From Alphaproteobacteria bacterium (GTDB taxonomy: Bacteria > Pseudomonadota > Alphaproteobacteria > SP197), in assembly GCA_965207785.1 (NCBI GenBank), contig CBDBNO010000010.1, positions 202,108-266,107 on the forward strand: a stretch of 64,000 nt of DNA. The letters are read 5' to 3'. This document shows, piece after piece, positions 7,549 through 18,621 of the stretch. Each line of letters opens with the position of its first letter. Positions within the stretch are counted from its first letter, which is position 1. Below the pieces are notes generated by a model. That model saw only the letters and a program-made list of their open reading frames with translations. It had not been told where the DNA came from and made no database searches. A program made the position numbers and the translations under genes.

Positions 7549-8612
7549 TCCGCATCCTCCCCGGCATGGCTGTCGGCGAGAGAGCTCAACACCATCTGGG
7601 CAGTGATGCTGCCAACGATGGCGCCCTCCCCGTTCTTCACGGCGATGACGTCCGAACCTTCGGCGAAGCGCGGCATGATCTCTTCGAGCGTGGCATGTTC
7701 GTCGACAACGTCATCGGTGGCGGGATGGGAAGCAGCAGCCGTGGCGATGTCGCCGGCGGTGATGACCTTCACCCGCGGCACGTCCTGGGTGAACTCGCTG
7801 ACATAGTCGTCGGCCGGCTGCATCACCACCTCGGCGGGGGTGCCGATCTGCACGATCCGGCCATCCTTCATGATGGCGATCCTGTCCGCCAGGCGCAGGG
7901 CCTCGAGGAAGTCGTGGGTGATGAAGACGATGGTCTTGTGGAGAAGTTGCTGCAGACGCAGGAACTCGTCCTGCATCTGCCGGCGGATCAGCGGATCGAG
8001 AGCGGAGAAGGGCTCGTCAAGGAACCACAGCTCCGGTTCGACAGCCAGGCTCCTGGCGATGCCGACACGCTGCTGCTGGCCGCCCGACAGCTCGCGCGGA
8101 TAGCTCGTCTCGCGCCCTCCCAGTCCGACGAGCTCGATCATTTCCATCGCCCGGGCGCGCCTTTCCTCCTTGGCGATTCCCTGGATCTGCAGGGGGAACG
8201 CCACGTTCTCGAGCACCGACAGATGCGGTAGGAGACCGAAGTTCTGGAACACCATGCCCATCTTGTGGCGGCGGATGTCGATCAGCTTGTCCCTGGAGAC
8301 CTGCAGGAGATCCTCGCCATCGAGAATCACCTCCCCTGCGGTCGGCTCGACGAGCCGGGAGAGACAGCGCACGATCGTCGATTTCCCGGAACCCGACAGG
8401 CCCATGATGACGAAGATCTCGCCGATGTGGACGTCGAACGTGACATCGCAGGCGGCACCGATGTGACCTGACTCGTTGATGGACCCGATCAGGCTTGTGG
8501 GATCGGCCACATCGCCATGGCCGTCCGTGAAGAACCTGTCGGCGTCGGGACCGTACACCTTCCAGACATGCCTGCACGTCAGCTTGACTTCCTGATCATC
8601 GGTTCCCGTCAT
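7545..8612 (-). CDS. proV: Glycine betaine/proline ABC transporter ATP-binding protein (ProV-like) with C-terminal CBS region
   Basis: Walker A (GLSGSGKST), ABC signature (LSGGQQQRV) and Walker B (LDEPFSALD). Confidence 0.9.
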   Translation of the reverse strand: MTGTDDQEVKLTCRHVWKVYGPDADRFFTDGHGDVADPTSLIGSINESGHIGAACDVTFDVHIGEIFVIMGLSGSGKSTIVRCLSRLVEPTAGEVILDGEDLLQVSRDKLIDIRRHKMGMVFQNFGLLPHLSVLENVAFPLQIQGIAKEERRARAMEMIELVGLGGRETSYPRELSGGQQQRVGIARSLAVEPELWFLDEPFSALDPLIRRQMQDEFLRLQQLLHKTIVFITHDFLEALRLADRIAIMKDGRIVQIGTPAEVVMQPADDYVSEFTQDVPRVKVITAGDIATAAASHPATDDVVDEHATLEEIMPRFAEGSDVIAVKNGEGAIVGSITAQMVLSSLADSHAGEDAE

Positions 8613-8782
8613 GATCTCCTCGCATGGGCCAAGCCTCGCTCCCGGACTGTCCCACTCCCCCCAGGACGGGACAATCTATCCGGTTGGTTCACAAAACGCC
8701 ATGATCCGGGCCGACGGTCTCGACCGGCCCTCGAAACAAGTGCACTATGGGACGCCATCTTGAAGGAGTCTGAAAGCAGGCC

Positions 8783-9916
8783 ATGCTCAGGACCGAGGAC
8801 ATCGAAGGCCTTGACCGCCCGACGGCTCAAGCCCGCGGCCTGCCGGGACATGCCTACACATGCGAGGACTTCGCCCGCCACGAGTACGCCCGGCTCTTCG
8901 CCAGGACCTGGACATTTGCCGGGTATGCCCACGAGGTGCCGGATGCCGGATCCGTCATGCCGAGGACACTGGCCGGCGTGCCCCTCCTCTTCACGCGCAC
9001 CCGTGACGGCGAGGTCAGGTGCTTCCACAACATCTGCACCCATCGGGGTACACAGCTCGTCGACGAGGCTGCCAGTGGTCTTGCCACCCTGCGCTGCCGC
9101 TATCACGGCTGGACCTACGATCTCGATGGCGCGCTGCGCCTGACACCCCACTGGGGCGGTCACAACCAGGGCCAGGGCGAAGGCTTCGAGAAGTCCTGCC
9201 ATGGTCTCAAGCCCGTTCGCATGGCGCGCTGGCACGACTGGATCTTCGTCAACGTCGATGGCCTCGCCGAACCCTTTGCCGACTACGCCGCCCCCTTCAT
9301 GGCCCATGTCGCCGAGTACGACCTCGACGACGCCACCTGGGCGCTGACGCTGCGCTACGACATTGCCGGCAACTGGAAGCTGGTGGCCGAGAACTACCTC
9401 GAGACGCTCCATCTTAACTTCGTGCACACCGTGCTCGCCGAGGCGGCTCCCTTCGAGCAGCACGAGGTCATCGCCGAGGACGCCTGTCTGGGCACCATCA
9501 TCAACGTCGGTCTGCCAGCCACCTGGACCAAGGCCGAGTCCCTTCCCCGCTGGCCGGGTATTGATCACGCCAACCGGACGGCCAAGAACCTGGCGCTCTT
9601 TCCCAACTTCAAGTTCGTGATCGGCCCCGACCATGCCTGCTCCATGGTGGAGTTTCCCGATGGCGCCGGCCAGTCCCACCAGCGCTGGGACTTCTACTTC
9701 CACGGCGACGGGGCCACGGCGCCGCGTTACGCCGAGTCAAGGAAGGCGATCATCGAGTTCTTCGACACCACCAATGTCGAGGACTTCAATGCCGTGGAGG
9801 CGGTGCACAAAGGCCACATGTCCCCGGCCATGCAGGGCGCCCGCTTCAACGGCATCTGGGAGGGGGGCGTGCACCACTTCCAGAAACTCGTTGCCCACTA
9901 CATGAGCGAACCATGA
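8783..9916 (+). CDS. Rieske [2Fe-2S] non-heme iron oxygenase alpha subunit (betaine/carnitine-type monooxygenase-like)
   Basis: The pair CTHRG...CRYHGW gives the CxH-x17-CxxH Rieske ligands. 377 aa. Adjacent to the betaine transporter genes. Confidence 0.8.
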   Translation: MLRTEDIEGLDRPTAQARGLPGHAYTCEDFARHEYARLFARTWTFAGYAHEVPDAGSVMPRTLAGVPLLFTRTRDGEVRCFHNICTHRGTQLVDEAASGLATLRCRYHGWTYDLDGALRLTPHWGGHNQGQGEGFEKSCHGLKPVRMARWHDWIFVNVDGLAEPFADYAAPFMAHVAEYDLDDATWALTLRYDIAGNWKLVAENYLETLHLNFVHTVLAEAAPFEQHEVIAEDACLGTIINVGLPATWTKAESLPRWPGIDHANRTAKNLALFPNFKFVIGPDHACSMVEFPDGAGQSHQRWDFYFHGDGATAPRYAESRKAIIEFFDTTNVEDFNAVEAVHKGHMSPAMQGARFNGIWEGGVHHFQKLVAHYMSEP

Positions 9917-10794
9917 ACACAGACGTCTTCATCACCTGTGCCGTGACCGGCGCCGGCGACACCACTGACAAGAGTCACCATGTGCCGGTGACGCCGGAGG
10001 CCATCGCCGATGCGGCCATCGAATCCGCCCGTGCGGGTGCAGCCATCGCCCACATCCACGTGCGCGACGTGACGACCGGCAAGGGCAACCGGGACAGGGA
10101 GGCCTTCCGCGAAGTCGTGGCACGGGTGCGCGACAGCGAGTGCGACGTCATTCTCAACCTGACCACGGGCATGGGCGGCGACTACATGCCCGATGCGGAT
10201 GATCCGGGGCACGCGTCGGCGGAAAGCGACATGACATCGCCCGAGGAGCGGGTGCTCCATGTCGAGGAACTGCTTCCGGAAATCTGCAGCCTCGATGTCG
10301 CCACCATGAACTTCACCGACGGCGCCTTCATCAACGTCCCCGATCACCTGAGGGTCATGGGCAAGCGAATCGCCGAGGCCGGCGTGAAGCCGGAACTCGA
10401 GTGCTTCGATCTGGGTCACGTCAGGCTCGCCAACCAGCTCATCTCCGAGGGAGTCATCGAGGAGCCGCCGCTCTTCCAGATCTGCCTCGGCGTGCCCTGG
10501 GGAGCTCCGGCGGATCCAGAATCGCTGATCGCCATGCGCAACCTGCTGCCGGCGAACGCCGAATGGTCGGCCTTCGGGATCAGCCGCATGCAGATTCCCA
10601 TGGCAGCGCAGGCCGTGATCTCGGGCGGCAACGTGCGCGTCGGTCTCGAGGACAACCTCTACCTGTCCAGGGGTGTGCTGGCGACCAACGGCCAGCTCGT
10701 GGAGCGCGCCGTCGAGGTCGTCGAACGCCTCGGCGCGCGGATCATGAGTCCCGCCGAGACGCGCCAGAAACTGGGCTTGACGAAGCAGTTCTGA
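9913..10794 (+). CDS. BKACE family enzyme (3-keto-5-aminohexanoate cleavage enzyme-like, DUF849)
   Basis: 293 aa with the typical N-terminus [11 protein letters not shown]...HIHVRD. ATGA overlap with the Rieske gene. Confidence 0.8.
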   Translation: MNTDVFITCAVTGAGDTTDKSHHVPVTPEAIADAAIESARAGAAIAHIHVRDVTTGKGNRDREAFREVVARVRDSECDVILNLTTGMGGDYMPDADDPGHASAESDMTSPEERVLHVEELLPEICSLDVATMNFTDGAFINVPDHLRVMGKRIAEAGVKPELECFDLGHVRLANQLISEGVIEEPPLFQICLGVPWGAPADPESLIAMRNLLPANAEWSAFGISRMQIPMAAQAVISGGNVRVGLEDNLYLSRGVLATNGQLVERAVEVVERLGARIMSPAETRQKLGLTKQF

Positions 10795-10811
10795 AGCTAA
10801 GGCGGCGGACC

Positions 10812-11225
10812 ATGGTGGAGAAGATCGTCAGGACCGATGAGGAATGGCGGTCCCAGCTGACCGAGGAGCAGTTCAGGGTCACGAGGCGCGCCGGAACCGA
10901 AAGGCCCTTCACCGGGATCTATCACGGAACCGGCGAACCGGGTCTCTATCGCTGTGTGTGCTGCGGTGCCGCACTCTTCGATTCCGCGACCAAGTTCGAG
11001 TCCGGCACCGGGTGGCCGAGTTTCTGGGCCCCGGTCGACGACGAGGCGGTCGAGCTCAAGTCCGACAGGAGCATCTTCTTCATGCCCCGGACCGAGGTGG
11101 TCTGCGCCCGCTGCGACGCACATCTCGGCCACGTCTTCCCCGACGGACCGCCCCCGACCCACCAGCGCTACTGCATGAATTCGGCCGCCCTTACCCACGA
11201 GAAGGCGAACGACGGCGGGACGTGA
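10812..11225 (+). CDS. msrB: Peptide-methionine (R)-S-oxide reductase MsrB
   Basis: SelR fold signature with both CxxC pairs ([21 protein letters not shown]). The supplied ORF has a spurious N-terminal extension; the start is set at the ATG after the BKACE stop. Confidence 0.85.
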   Translation: MVEKIVRTDEEWRSQLTEEQFRVTRRAGTERPFTGIYHGTGEPGLYRCVCCGAALFDSATKFESGTGWPSFWAPVDDEAVELKSDRSIFFMPRTEVVCARCDAHLGHVFPDGPPPTHQRYCMNSAALTHEKANDGGT

Positions 11226-12229
11226 AGCCCGGACCTCTCAATCTCATCACCGATGTCGACGGCATCCTCGTCGGTCAGGCGGAAGATCACCGCGTCAGGA
11301 CCGGTGTCACCGCCATCGTCCCGAGGGAACGCGTCACGGCCGCCGCCGACGTCAGGGGCGGCGCCCCGGGCACGCGCGAGACCGGCACGCTCCATGTCGC
11401 CAGCCTCGTCGACGCCGTGGACGCGGTCGTGCTGTCGGGCGGCTCGGTCTTCGGCCTCGATGCGGCAGGCGGCGCCGTGGCACGGCTGGCCGAGGAAGGA
11501 CGGGGGTTTCCCACCTCAGCCGGCAGGATTCCTGTGGTGCCGGCGGCCATCCTCTTCGACCTCGCAAACGGCGGCGACAAGGACTGGGGCCGACAGTCTC
11601 CCTACCCTGATCTGGGCTACCGGGCGGTCAAGGCGGCGGCGGACCGTTTCGACCTGGGCAACGCCGGCGCCGGGCTTGGCGCCAGCGCCGGAACCCTGAA
11701 AGGGGGAACGGGGAGCGCCTCGGCGGTCACCGACAGCGGTCTCCAGGTGGGAGCCCTCGTTGCGGTCAACGCTGTCGGATCGACGGTGATCCCCGGCACT
11801 TCGACGCTGTGGGCGGCGCTCTTCGAACAGGCCGGCGAGATGGGGACGGCGCCACGCTCGCTGCCCGAAGGTCCGGTGGACCTCGAGGACGAGTTCAAGG
11901 GCTTCGCGGCTGAGAACACCACCATCGGCGTCGTTGCGACCAATGCGACCCTCGACAAGGGGGCGCTCAATCGCATCGCCATCATGGCCCATGACGGGCT
12001 GGCCCGGGCCATCCGTCCCGTTCACACGCCCTTCGACGGCGACACCCTGTTCGCGCTCGCCACGGCGAGGCACACGGATGCAATCGATGCCGTCACGCTC
12101 GCACGCCTGGGCTCGATGGCGTCAGACTGCGTGACGAGAGCGACGGGAAGGGCCATGGTGGCAGCCCAGACCCTTGATGGCATGACGAGCTACAGCGACT
12201 GGAGGGATGGCAGGTGCCAACAGCAGTGA
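11222..12229 (+). CDS. P1/S58 family peptidase (DmpA/L-aminopeptidase-like)
   Basis: GTG start overlapping the msrB stop (GTGA). [22 protein letters not shown] is a typical DmpA N-terminus. Same frame as the long ORF 10844..12229. Confidence 0.75.
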   Translation: MKPGPLNLITDVDGILVGQAEDHRVRTGVTAIVPRERVTAAADVRGGAPGTRETGTLHVASLVDAVDAVVLSGGSVFGLDAAGGAVARLAEEGRGFPTSAGRIPVVPAAILFDLANGGDKDWGRQSPYPDLGYRAVKAAADRFDLGNAGAGLGASAGTLKGGTGSASAVTDSGLQVGALVAVNAVGSTVIPGTSTLWAALFEQAGEMGTAPRSLPEGPVDLEDEFKGFAAENTTIGVVATNATLDKGALNRIAIMAHDGLARAIRPVHTPFDGDTLFALATARHTDAIDAVTLARLGSMASDCVTRATGRAMVAAQTLDGMTSYSDWRDGRCQQQ

Positions 12230-12900
12230 TCACAGGCGCTAGCCGGGGGATTGGCCTCGAACTGGCGAGACAGTATCTCGCCGAAGGCTGGACGGTTCAC
12301 GCCGGGGCCCGCCGGCCCGACCAGGCTACGGGACTGTCGGAACTGGCATGTCCAAGGCTTGTCGTCCACCGGCTCGACGTGACTCGCAGCGAGGATGCAA
12401 CCGCCCTCGCCGCATCGCTTGGCGGGGCGCCAGTCGATCTCCTCGTCAACAATGCCGGTATCTGGTACGGCGACGACGAGCTCTATGGCCGGTTCAGCGA
12501 CGAGGCATGGATCGAGCAGTTCCGGGTCCACGTGTTTGGCACCATGACCATGGTGGCGGCACTGCAGGACAACGTCGCAGCGAGCGAAGGGCGCACCATC
12601 ATCAACATCTCGAGCGGCAGCGGCAGCTTTGGCTGGCAGGCCAAGTCGCCCGACTATCCCTACAACTCCTCGAAGGCGGCGCTCAACATGCTGGCGCGGG
12701 GGCTGGCGCTGGATCTCCGGGAAAGAGGGATCATCGTCGTCAACTTCTCACCAGGGTTTGTCTCCACCGACATGACAGGCCATGACGCCGACCTCGATCC
12801 CGCCACCAGCGTTGCCGGCATGCGCCAGGTGATCGCCAGCCTCGATCATGCCGCCAGCGGCTCCTTCCTGCGCTACAACGGCGAGGCCATGCCATGGTGA
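12214..12900 (+). CDS. Short-chain dehydrogenase/reductase (SDR), CsgA/C-factor-like
   Basis: TGASRGIG cofactor motif, NNAG, and YxxxK (YNSSK). Confidence 0.85.
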   Translation: MPTAVITGASRGIGLELARQYLAEGWTVHAGARRPDQATGLSELACPRLVVHRLDVTRSEDATALAASLGGAPVDLLVNNAGIWYGDDELYGRFSDEAWIEQFRVHVFGTMTMVAALQDNVAASEGRTIINISSGSGSFGWQAKSPDYPYNSSKAALNMLARGLALDLRERGIIVVNFSPGFVSTDMTGHDADLDPATSVAGMRQVIASLDHAASGSFLRYNGEAMPW

Positions 12901-13568
12901 AATCGGTCTTGATCACCGGAGCAAGCCGCGGCATCGGCTTCGAGTTCACAAGTCAGTACGCAGCCGACGGCTGGCAGGTCCATGCCTGCTGCCGCCGTCC
13001 CGGCGATGTGTCGTTCGACCAGGGCGTCGACGTGCATGCGCTGGATGTCACCGACCAGGCGTCGATCGACGCCCTGGCCTCGTCCCTCGATGGCACGGCC
13101 ATCGATCTTCTGATCAACAACGCCGCAATCTTTGGCGGGCCCCACCAGGAAGTCGGTGACACATCCGACGATGATTGGGAGCTGGTGATGCGCACCAACG
13201 TCATCGCTCCCTTCAGGGTGACTGACGCGCTGAGGGGCCATCTTGCCCTTGCGTCCGAGCCCATTGTCGTCCACATCTCGAGTCTCGCCGGATCCATCGC
13301 CGACAACCGTTCCGGAGGCATCCACCTCTACCGGACCAGCAAGACGGCGCTCAACATGGTGGCGGCAAACCTCGCCCGCGACCTCGCCGGAGACGGCATC
13401 AAGGTCCTGGCACTTCACCCCGGGTGGGTCAGGACGGACATGGGAGGCACATCCGCGCCGCTCTCTGCCAGTGAGAGCGTTGCAGGCATGCGCCAGGTGA
13501 TCGCCTCTGCCTCTTTTGCGATGAGCGGCGGGTTCTTCAACTACAACGGCCGGTCCCTGCCCTGGTAG
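12894..13568 (+). CDS. Short-chain dehydrogenase/reductase (SDR), tandem paralogue of the preceding gene
   Basis: TGASRGIG, NNAA, YRTSK. Same length and motif spacing as 12214..12900. Confidence 0.85.
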   Translation: MVKSVLITGASRGIGFEFTSQYAADGWQVHACCRRPGDVSFDQGVDVHALDVTDQASIDALASSLDGTAIDLLINNAAIFGGPHQEVGDTSDDDWELVMRTNVIAPFRVTDALRGHLALASEPIVVHISSLAGSIADNRSGGIHLYRTSKTALNMVAANLARDLAGDGIKVLALHPGWVRTDMGGTSAPLSASESVAGMRQVIASASFAMSGGFFNYNGRSLPW

Positions 13569-13577
13569 GCAACCCGT

Positions 13578-16334
13578 TCAGGAAACCGTGGCGCCGGTCT
13601 TTTGTCCTGCGCCGGCAGTGATCCTGCCATGACACTGCTTGAACTTGCGTCCTGAACCGCAGGGGCAGCGTTCGTTGCGTCCGACCCGGCCCCACGTCGA
13701 CGGATCGGCGGGATTGCGATCGCTCTGCCTGACCCGACGCATCGAGGACGGCATCGGCCGCCAGCTGCTTCGCCCGGACGACGGCATCTCCGAAACACCG
13801 CGCGCTTCCTGCATGCGCCGCCGCGCCTCCTCCTGGCGCTGCGCCTCCATCTCCGCCGACGAGCGGATCTCGACCCTCATCAGGAGCTGGGTGACCGATT
13901 CGCGCACCGAGTCCAGCAGGTCGTCGAACAGGTTGAAGGCCTCCCGCTGGTACTCCCGCAAGGGATCCCTCTGCGCATAGCTTCTCAACCCGACCGACTG
14001 CCTTAAGTGATCGAGAGCCAGGAGGTGGTCGCGCCATTTCTGGTCGATGACCTGAAGGAGCAGGCTCTTTTCGGCGATTCTCATCACCTGAGACGTGAAC
14101 TCCTCCTCCTTGCGGCTCATCGCCCCGTCGGCAGCGCCAAGAATACGGTCGAGCACTTCCTCCTCGGCCATGCCTTCCTCGGTCGCCCATTCGGTGACCG
14201 GAAGATCAAGCCCGAGAATGCGCCGGACGTCGTTGTCGAGACCCTCGATGTCCCAGTGTTCGGGGTAGGTGTCGGCGGGAATGGCGCGATTCACACAGTC
14301 CTCGATGACTTCCCGGCGCATGTCCGTGATGGTCTCGGCAACCTCAGTTGCCGCCATCAGGTCGCGGCGCTGCTCGTAGATCACCTTGCGCTGGTCGTTC
14401 ATGACGTTGTCGAAGCGCAGCAGTGTCTTGCGGATCTCGAAGTTGCGCGCCTCGACCTTGCCCTGAGCTCTTTCGATCGCCTTGTTGACCCAGGAATGGG
14501 CGATCGCCTCACCCTCCTCGAGGCCGAGTTTCTGGAGCATGGAATCGAGCTTGTCGGACCCGAAGATGCGCATCAGGTCATCTTCCAGGGAGAGCAGGAA
14601 GGTTGACGCTCCCGGATCGCCCTGACGACCGGAACGGCCACGCAGCTGGTTGTCGATGCGCCGGCTTTCGTGGCGTTCCGTCCCGACGATGTAGAGCCCG
14701 CCGGCCTCGAGGACCCGATCGCGCTCGCCGCCGACTTCGGCGCGAATACTCTCTTCCCGGCGCTGGCGTTCCGCTTCGTCCGCAATGTCGGCGAGTTCCT
14801 GGCCGATGCGCACATCGGCGTTGCCGCCAAGCTGGATGTCGGTGCCCCGGCCCGCCATGTTCGTGGCGATCGTGACCGCGCCGAAACGTCCGGCCTGGGC
14901 GATGATGGCGGCTTCCTGCTCGTGGTAGCGGGCGTTCAGCACGTGGTGATCGATCTTTTTCTTCTTCAGCTGGCGCGAGATCTGTTCCGACTTCTCGATC
15001 GACACGGTGCCGACGAGAACCGGCTGCCCGCGCTCGTGGCAGTCCTCGATCAGGGCGATGATCGCATCGTGCTTTTCGGCAACCGTGCGATAGACCTCGT
15101 CGTCGCCATCGGCACGGATCATCGGCCGGTGGGTCGGGATCTCGAGGACCTCGAGACCGTAGATCTCGGCAAACTCCCCGGCCTCGGTCATCGCCGTGCC
15201 GGTCATGCCGGCCAGCTTGTCGTAGAGACGGAAGTAGTTCTGGAAGGTGATGGAGGCCAGCGTCTGGTTCTCGGTCTGGATGGGCACCCGCTCCTTGGCC
15301 TCGAGGGCCTGGTGCAGGCCGTCGGAGTAACGGCGGCCTTCCATCATGCGCCCGGTGAACTCGTCGATGATGATGACCTTGCCGTCCTTGACGATGTAGT
15401 CGACGTCCCTGGTGAAGAGCTTGTGGGCGCGCAGCGCCTGGTTCAGGTGGTGCACGAGCGTGACATTCTGGACGTCGTAGAGCGAGCCTTCCTCCATCAG
15501 GCCGGCGTCCTTCAACAGGGTCTCGACAGCATCGGAGCCCTCGTCGGTGAATGTCACGGCGCGGCGTTTCTCGTCCTTCTCGAAGGCATCGTCGGGCAGG
15601 CGGGGAATGAGGACATCCACCTTGCGGTAGACGTCCGATGTGTCCTGGGTCGGGCCGGAGATCACCAGGGGCGTTCTCGCCTCGTCCACCAGGATGCTGT
15701 CGATCTCGTCGACGATTGCGAAGTTCTGCCCGCGCTGGACCATGGTCTCCAGGGAGAACTTCATGTTGTCGCGCAGGTAGTCGAAACCGAACTCGTTGTT
15801 GGTGCCATAGGTGACGTCGCAGGCGTACTGCTCCTTGCGATCGGCATCCGACAGGCCCGAGACGATGCAGCCCACACTCAGTCCCAGGAACCGGTAGATC
15901 TCGCCCATCCAGTCGGCGTCGCGCCGCGCCAGGTAATCGTTCACCGTCACCACGTGAACACCCTTGCCGTCCAGCGCATTGAGATAGACGGGAAGAGTCG
16001 CCACGAGAGTCTTTCCCTCGCCGGTCTTCATCTCGGAGATCTTGCCGCTGTGAAGCACCATGCCGCCCTCGAGCTGGACGTCGAAATGGCGCTGGCCCAG
16101 GGTTCTCTTCGCCGCCTCGCGCACGGTCGCGAAGGCCTCGACGAGGAGATCGTCCCTGGGCGTGCCGTCGGCGAGACGCTGGCGAAACTCCTCTGTGCGC
16201 CCGGCAAGCTCGGCGTCGCCGAGCGCCTCCATCTCCGCTTCGAGCGCGTTGATCCGGTCGACGGTCTTGCCGAGCTTCTTGATGATCCGCGAATTGGCCG
16301 ACCCGAAGAGCCGGTTCGCGAGGTTGCCGAGCAT
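13578..16334 (-). CDS. secA: Preprotein translocase ATPase SecA
   Basis: DEAD-like motor motifs. C-terminal zinc finger [14 protein letters not shown]. The start is set at [11 protein letters not shown] (ATG 16334); the supplied ORF has an upstream extension. Confidence 0.9.
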   Translation of the reverse strand: MLGNLANRLFGSANSRIIKKLGKTVDRINALEAEMEALGDAELAGRTEEFRQRLADGTPRDDLLVEAFATVREAAKRTLGQRHFDVQLEGGMVLHSGKISEMKTGEGKTLVATLPVYLNALDGKGVHVVTVNDYLARRDADWMGEIYRFLGLSVGCIVSGLSDADRKEQYACDVTYGTNNEFGFDYLRDNMKFSLETMVQRGQNFAIVDEIDSILVDEARTPLVISGPTQDTSDVYRKVDVLIPRLPDDAFEKDEKRRAVTFTDEGSDAVETLLKDAGLMEEGSLYDVQNVTLVHHLNQALRAHKLFTRDVDYIVKDGKVIIIDEFTGRMMEGRRYSDGLHQALEAKERVPIQTENQTLASITFQNYFRLYDKLAGMTGTAMTEAGEFAEIYGLEVLEIPTHRPMIRADGDDEVYRTVAEKHDAIIALIEDCHERGQPVLVGTVSIEKSEQISRQLKKKKIDHHVLNARYHEQEAAIIAQAGRFGAVTIATNMAGRGTDIQLGGNADVRIGQELADIADEAERQRREESIRAEVGGERDRVLEAGGLYIVGTERHESRRIDNQLRGRSGRQGDPGASTFLLSLEDDLMRIFGSDKLDSMLQKLGLEEGEAIAHSWVNKAIERAQGKVEARNFEIRKTLLRFDNVMNDQRKVIYEQRRDLMAATEVAETITDMRREVIEDCVNRAIPADTYPEHWDIEGLDNDVRRILGLDLPVTEWATEEGMAEEEVLDRILGAADGAMSRKEEEFTSQVMRIAEKSLLLQVIDQKWRDHLLALDHLRQSVGLRSYAQRDPLREYQREAFNLFDDLLDSVRESVTQLLMRVEIRSSAEMEAQRQEEARRRMQEARGVSEMPSSGRSSWRPMPSSMRRVRQSDRNPADPSTWGRVGRNERCPCGSGRKFKQCHGRITAGAGQKTGATVS

Positions 16335-16451
16335 GGGAACCGTCTGCCTTCCGCCTTGGAATCTGGCGTCGTTCTTACCTGAAACAGATAGGTCCGCGGT
16401 CAAAACCTGTCAATGTCGCCGACATCGCCGCCGTGACTCTCCCGTGACCTT

Positions 16452-17306
16452 GTGCGGCTTCGCAAGATGTGGTCTTTGCGCCCCATGAACATTCTCTATC
16501 CCGCCCTCGCCTGCCTCTTGCTGAGCGCGCCCGTGTTCGCCAGCGACCCGGTCGCCCGGATCAATGACGAAGAGATTTCCAGGGCCGATGTCGACGCCTT
16601 CGTGGACCGCCTTCCTCCCGATGTGGCAGCCACGCCCCCACGGGATCTTTGGCTGCCGGTGATCGAGAGGATGATCAGCAACCGCCTGATCGTCGAGGAA
16701 GCGCGGCGGCTCGGCATCCAGGACACCGCCGGATTTCTCGCCGAACTCGCGCGTCTCGAAGACGACCTGCTGTTGCGTCACTACGCCGAGTCGCTCGTCA
16801 CCCGGGCCGTCACGCAAGAGACCATGGACCAGGCCTACAACGCATGGGCCGCCAGCGTGACAGCCGAAGGCCTTCCCCTGGAAGTCCATGCCAGCCACAT
16901 CCTTGTTGACACGTCCGAAGAAGCACAGGCGATCGCCTTGCGCGCCCGGCAGGGCGAGGACTTCGCGGAACTGGCGCGAAGCCATTCGACCGGTCCGACG
17001 GGGCCACACGGCGGCGACCTTGGCTGGTTCAGAGCGGGCACGATGGTTGCCGAGTTCGAGGAGGCTGCCTGGGCACTCGCTCCAGGGGAGGTCTCCGATC
17101 CCGTCGAGACGAGGTTCGGATGGCATGTCATCAAGGTCCACGACCGGCGAACCATGGACGTGCCCCCGCTCGCCGAAGTGGAAGCAACGCTCGGTCAGGA
17201 GCTCGCCCGCCAGGCCATCACCGACGACCTGCAGCGCCTCCGCTCGCAAGCCTCCATCGAGATCCTGACGACGGTTCCGCCGGACGACTTTGGAGGGGAC
17301 GAGTGA
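16452..17306 (+). CDS. Parvulin-type peptidyl-prolyl cis-trans isomerase (SurA/PpiC-like), secreted
   Basis: Signal peptide followed by the PpiC domain HILVDTSEEA...GGDLGWF...GWHVIKV. Confidence 0.8.
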   Translation: MRLRKMWSLRPMNILYPALACLLLSAPVFASDPVARINDEEISRADVDAFVDRLPPDVAATPPRDLWLPVIERMISNRLIVEEARRLGIQDTAGFLAELARLEDDLLLRHYAESLVTRAVTQETMDQAYNAWAASVTAEGLPLEVHASHILVDTSEEAQAIALRARQGEDFAELARSHSTGPTGPHGGDLGWFRAGTMVAEFEEAAWALAPGEVSDPVETRFGWHVIKVHDRRTMDVPPLAEVEATLGQELARQAITDDLQRLRSQASIEILTTVPPDDFGGDE

Positions 17307-18544
17307 GCGACCAGACGAACATCTCCCCCTTCGCTCCGGAAGGGTTCCCGGTCATGCACCCGGTGCCGGGCGTGCGCCTCGGGGCCGGCCGCTGCGGAAT
17401 CAGGCACGCGGACACCAAGCTCGACCTCATGGTGGCCGCGTTCGATCGCCCCGCCTCCGTAGCCGGCGTCTTCACGAAGTCGAGCACGGCGGGCGCCCCG
17501 GTCCAGTGGTGCCGCCGCCATCTCGCCCGCGGCGTTGCGAGAGGGCTCGTCGTCAATTCCGGCAACGCCAATGTCTTCACCGGAAAGGCAGGGCGAGACG
17601 CCGTGGAAGCGATGGCCGGACGAACCGCAGCGCTCGTCGGCGCAGAACCTCACGAGATCTTCGTTGCCTCCACCGGCGTCATTGGCGAGACGTTGCCTGT
17701 CGCTATCGTCGTCGAGGCCCTTCCCGCCATCACCGCTTCGCTCGACGACCACTCCTGGCACGACGCCGCCCAGGCGATCATGACCACCGATACCTTTCCC
17801 AAGGGCTCCTCGATCATCACCTCGATCGCCGGAACCCCGGTGACCATCACCGGGTTCGCCAAGGGCTCCGGCATGATTGCGCCCGACATGGCGACGATGC
17901 TGGCCTACGTCTTCACGGATGCAACACTCCCGGCCGCCGTTCTCCAGTCCCTGCTGGCCTCGGCGGCCGACCGTTCCTTCAACGCCATCACCGTGGACAG
18001 CGACACCTCGACCAGCGACACGCTGCAGCTCTTTGCCACGGGCCAGGTCCAACACTCACCCATCACCAATCGACGGGATCCGCGCCTGAAGGACTTCCGC
18101 GAGGCCCTTGATACCTTGTGCCTCGACCTAGCGCATCAGGTCGTCAAGGACGGTGAAGGGGCTCAGAAGTTCGTCGAGATCCGCGTCACGGGCGCGAAGT
18201 CGGCCAAGGCGGCACGCAGGATCGGCCTCGCGATTGCCAACTCACCGCTGGTCAAAACCGCCATTGCCGGAGGCGATGCCAACTGGGGCCGCATCGTCAT
18301 GGCCGTGGGCAAGTCGGGAGAACCGATCGCCGAAACTGACCTCGATATCCACGTGGGAGGCCACGCCGTCGCCCTTAACGGCGCACCGCCACCGGGCTAC
18401 GACGAGACCCCCGTCGCCCGCCACATGGCGGGACGGGAGGTCCTGATCGAGGTCACGGTCGGCCCGGGACGCGGCAAGGCGACGGTCTGGACCTGCGATT
18501 TCACACGCCGCTACATCGAGATCAACGCCGACTACCGCAGCTGA
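17303..18544 (+). CDS. argJ: Bifunctional glutamate N-acetyltransferase / amino-acid acetyltransferase ArgJ
   Basis: ArgJ motifs (ATMLAYVFTDA autoproteolytic site region). GTG start overlapping the PPIase stop. Same frame as the longer supplied ORF. Confidence 0.85.
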   Translation: MSDQTNISPFAPEGFPVMHPVPGVRLGAGRCGIRHADTKLDLMVAAFDRPASVAGVFTKSSTAGAPVQWCRRHLARGVARGLVVNSGNANVFTGKAGRDAVEAMAGRTAALVGAEPHEIFVASTGVIGETLPVAIVVEALPAITASLDDHSWHDAAQAIMTTDTFPKGSSIITSIAGTPVTITGFAKGSGMIAPDMATMLAYVFTDATLPAAVLQSLLASAADRSFNAITVDSDTSTSDTLQLFATGQVQHSPITNRRDPRLKDFREALDTLCLDLAHQVVKDGEGAQKFVEIRVTGAKSAKAARRIGLAIANSPLVKTAIAGGDANWGRIVMAVGKSGEPIAETDLDIHVGGHAVALNGAPPPGYDETPVARHMAGREVLIEVTVGPGRGKATVWTCDFTRRYIEINADYRS

Positions 18545-18621
18545 AGCCTGGTGTCTTCCGCTTCGTGGCATTCACCACGCAGGCAGGGTCAACGCCACGG
18601 CCGGGTAAGCGCGTTGTGAGC

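Noticed and set aside
10401-11225. Long N-terminal extension of the msrB ORF (10401 start)
   Set aside because: The extension overlaps the BKACE gene in another frame and is Arg/Gly-rich. A proper ATG at 10812 gives a canonical approximately 138-aa MsrB.
14670-16382. 570-aa plus-strand ORF
   Set aside because: Antisense to secA. It has low-complexity Asp/Leu/Val/Gly composition and no motifs.
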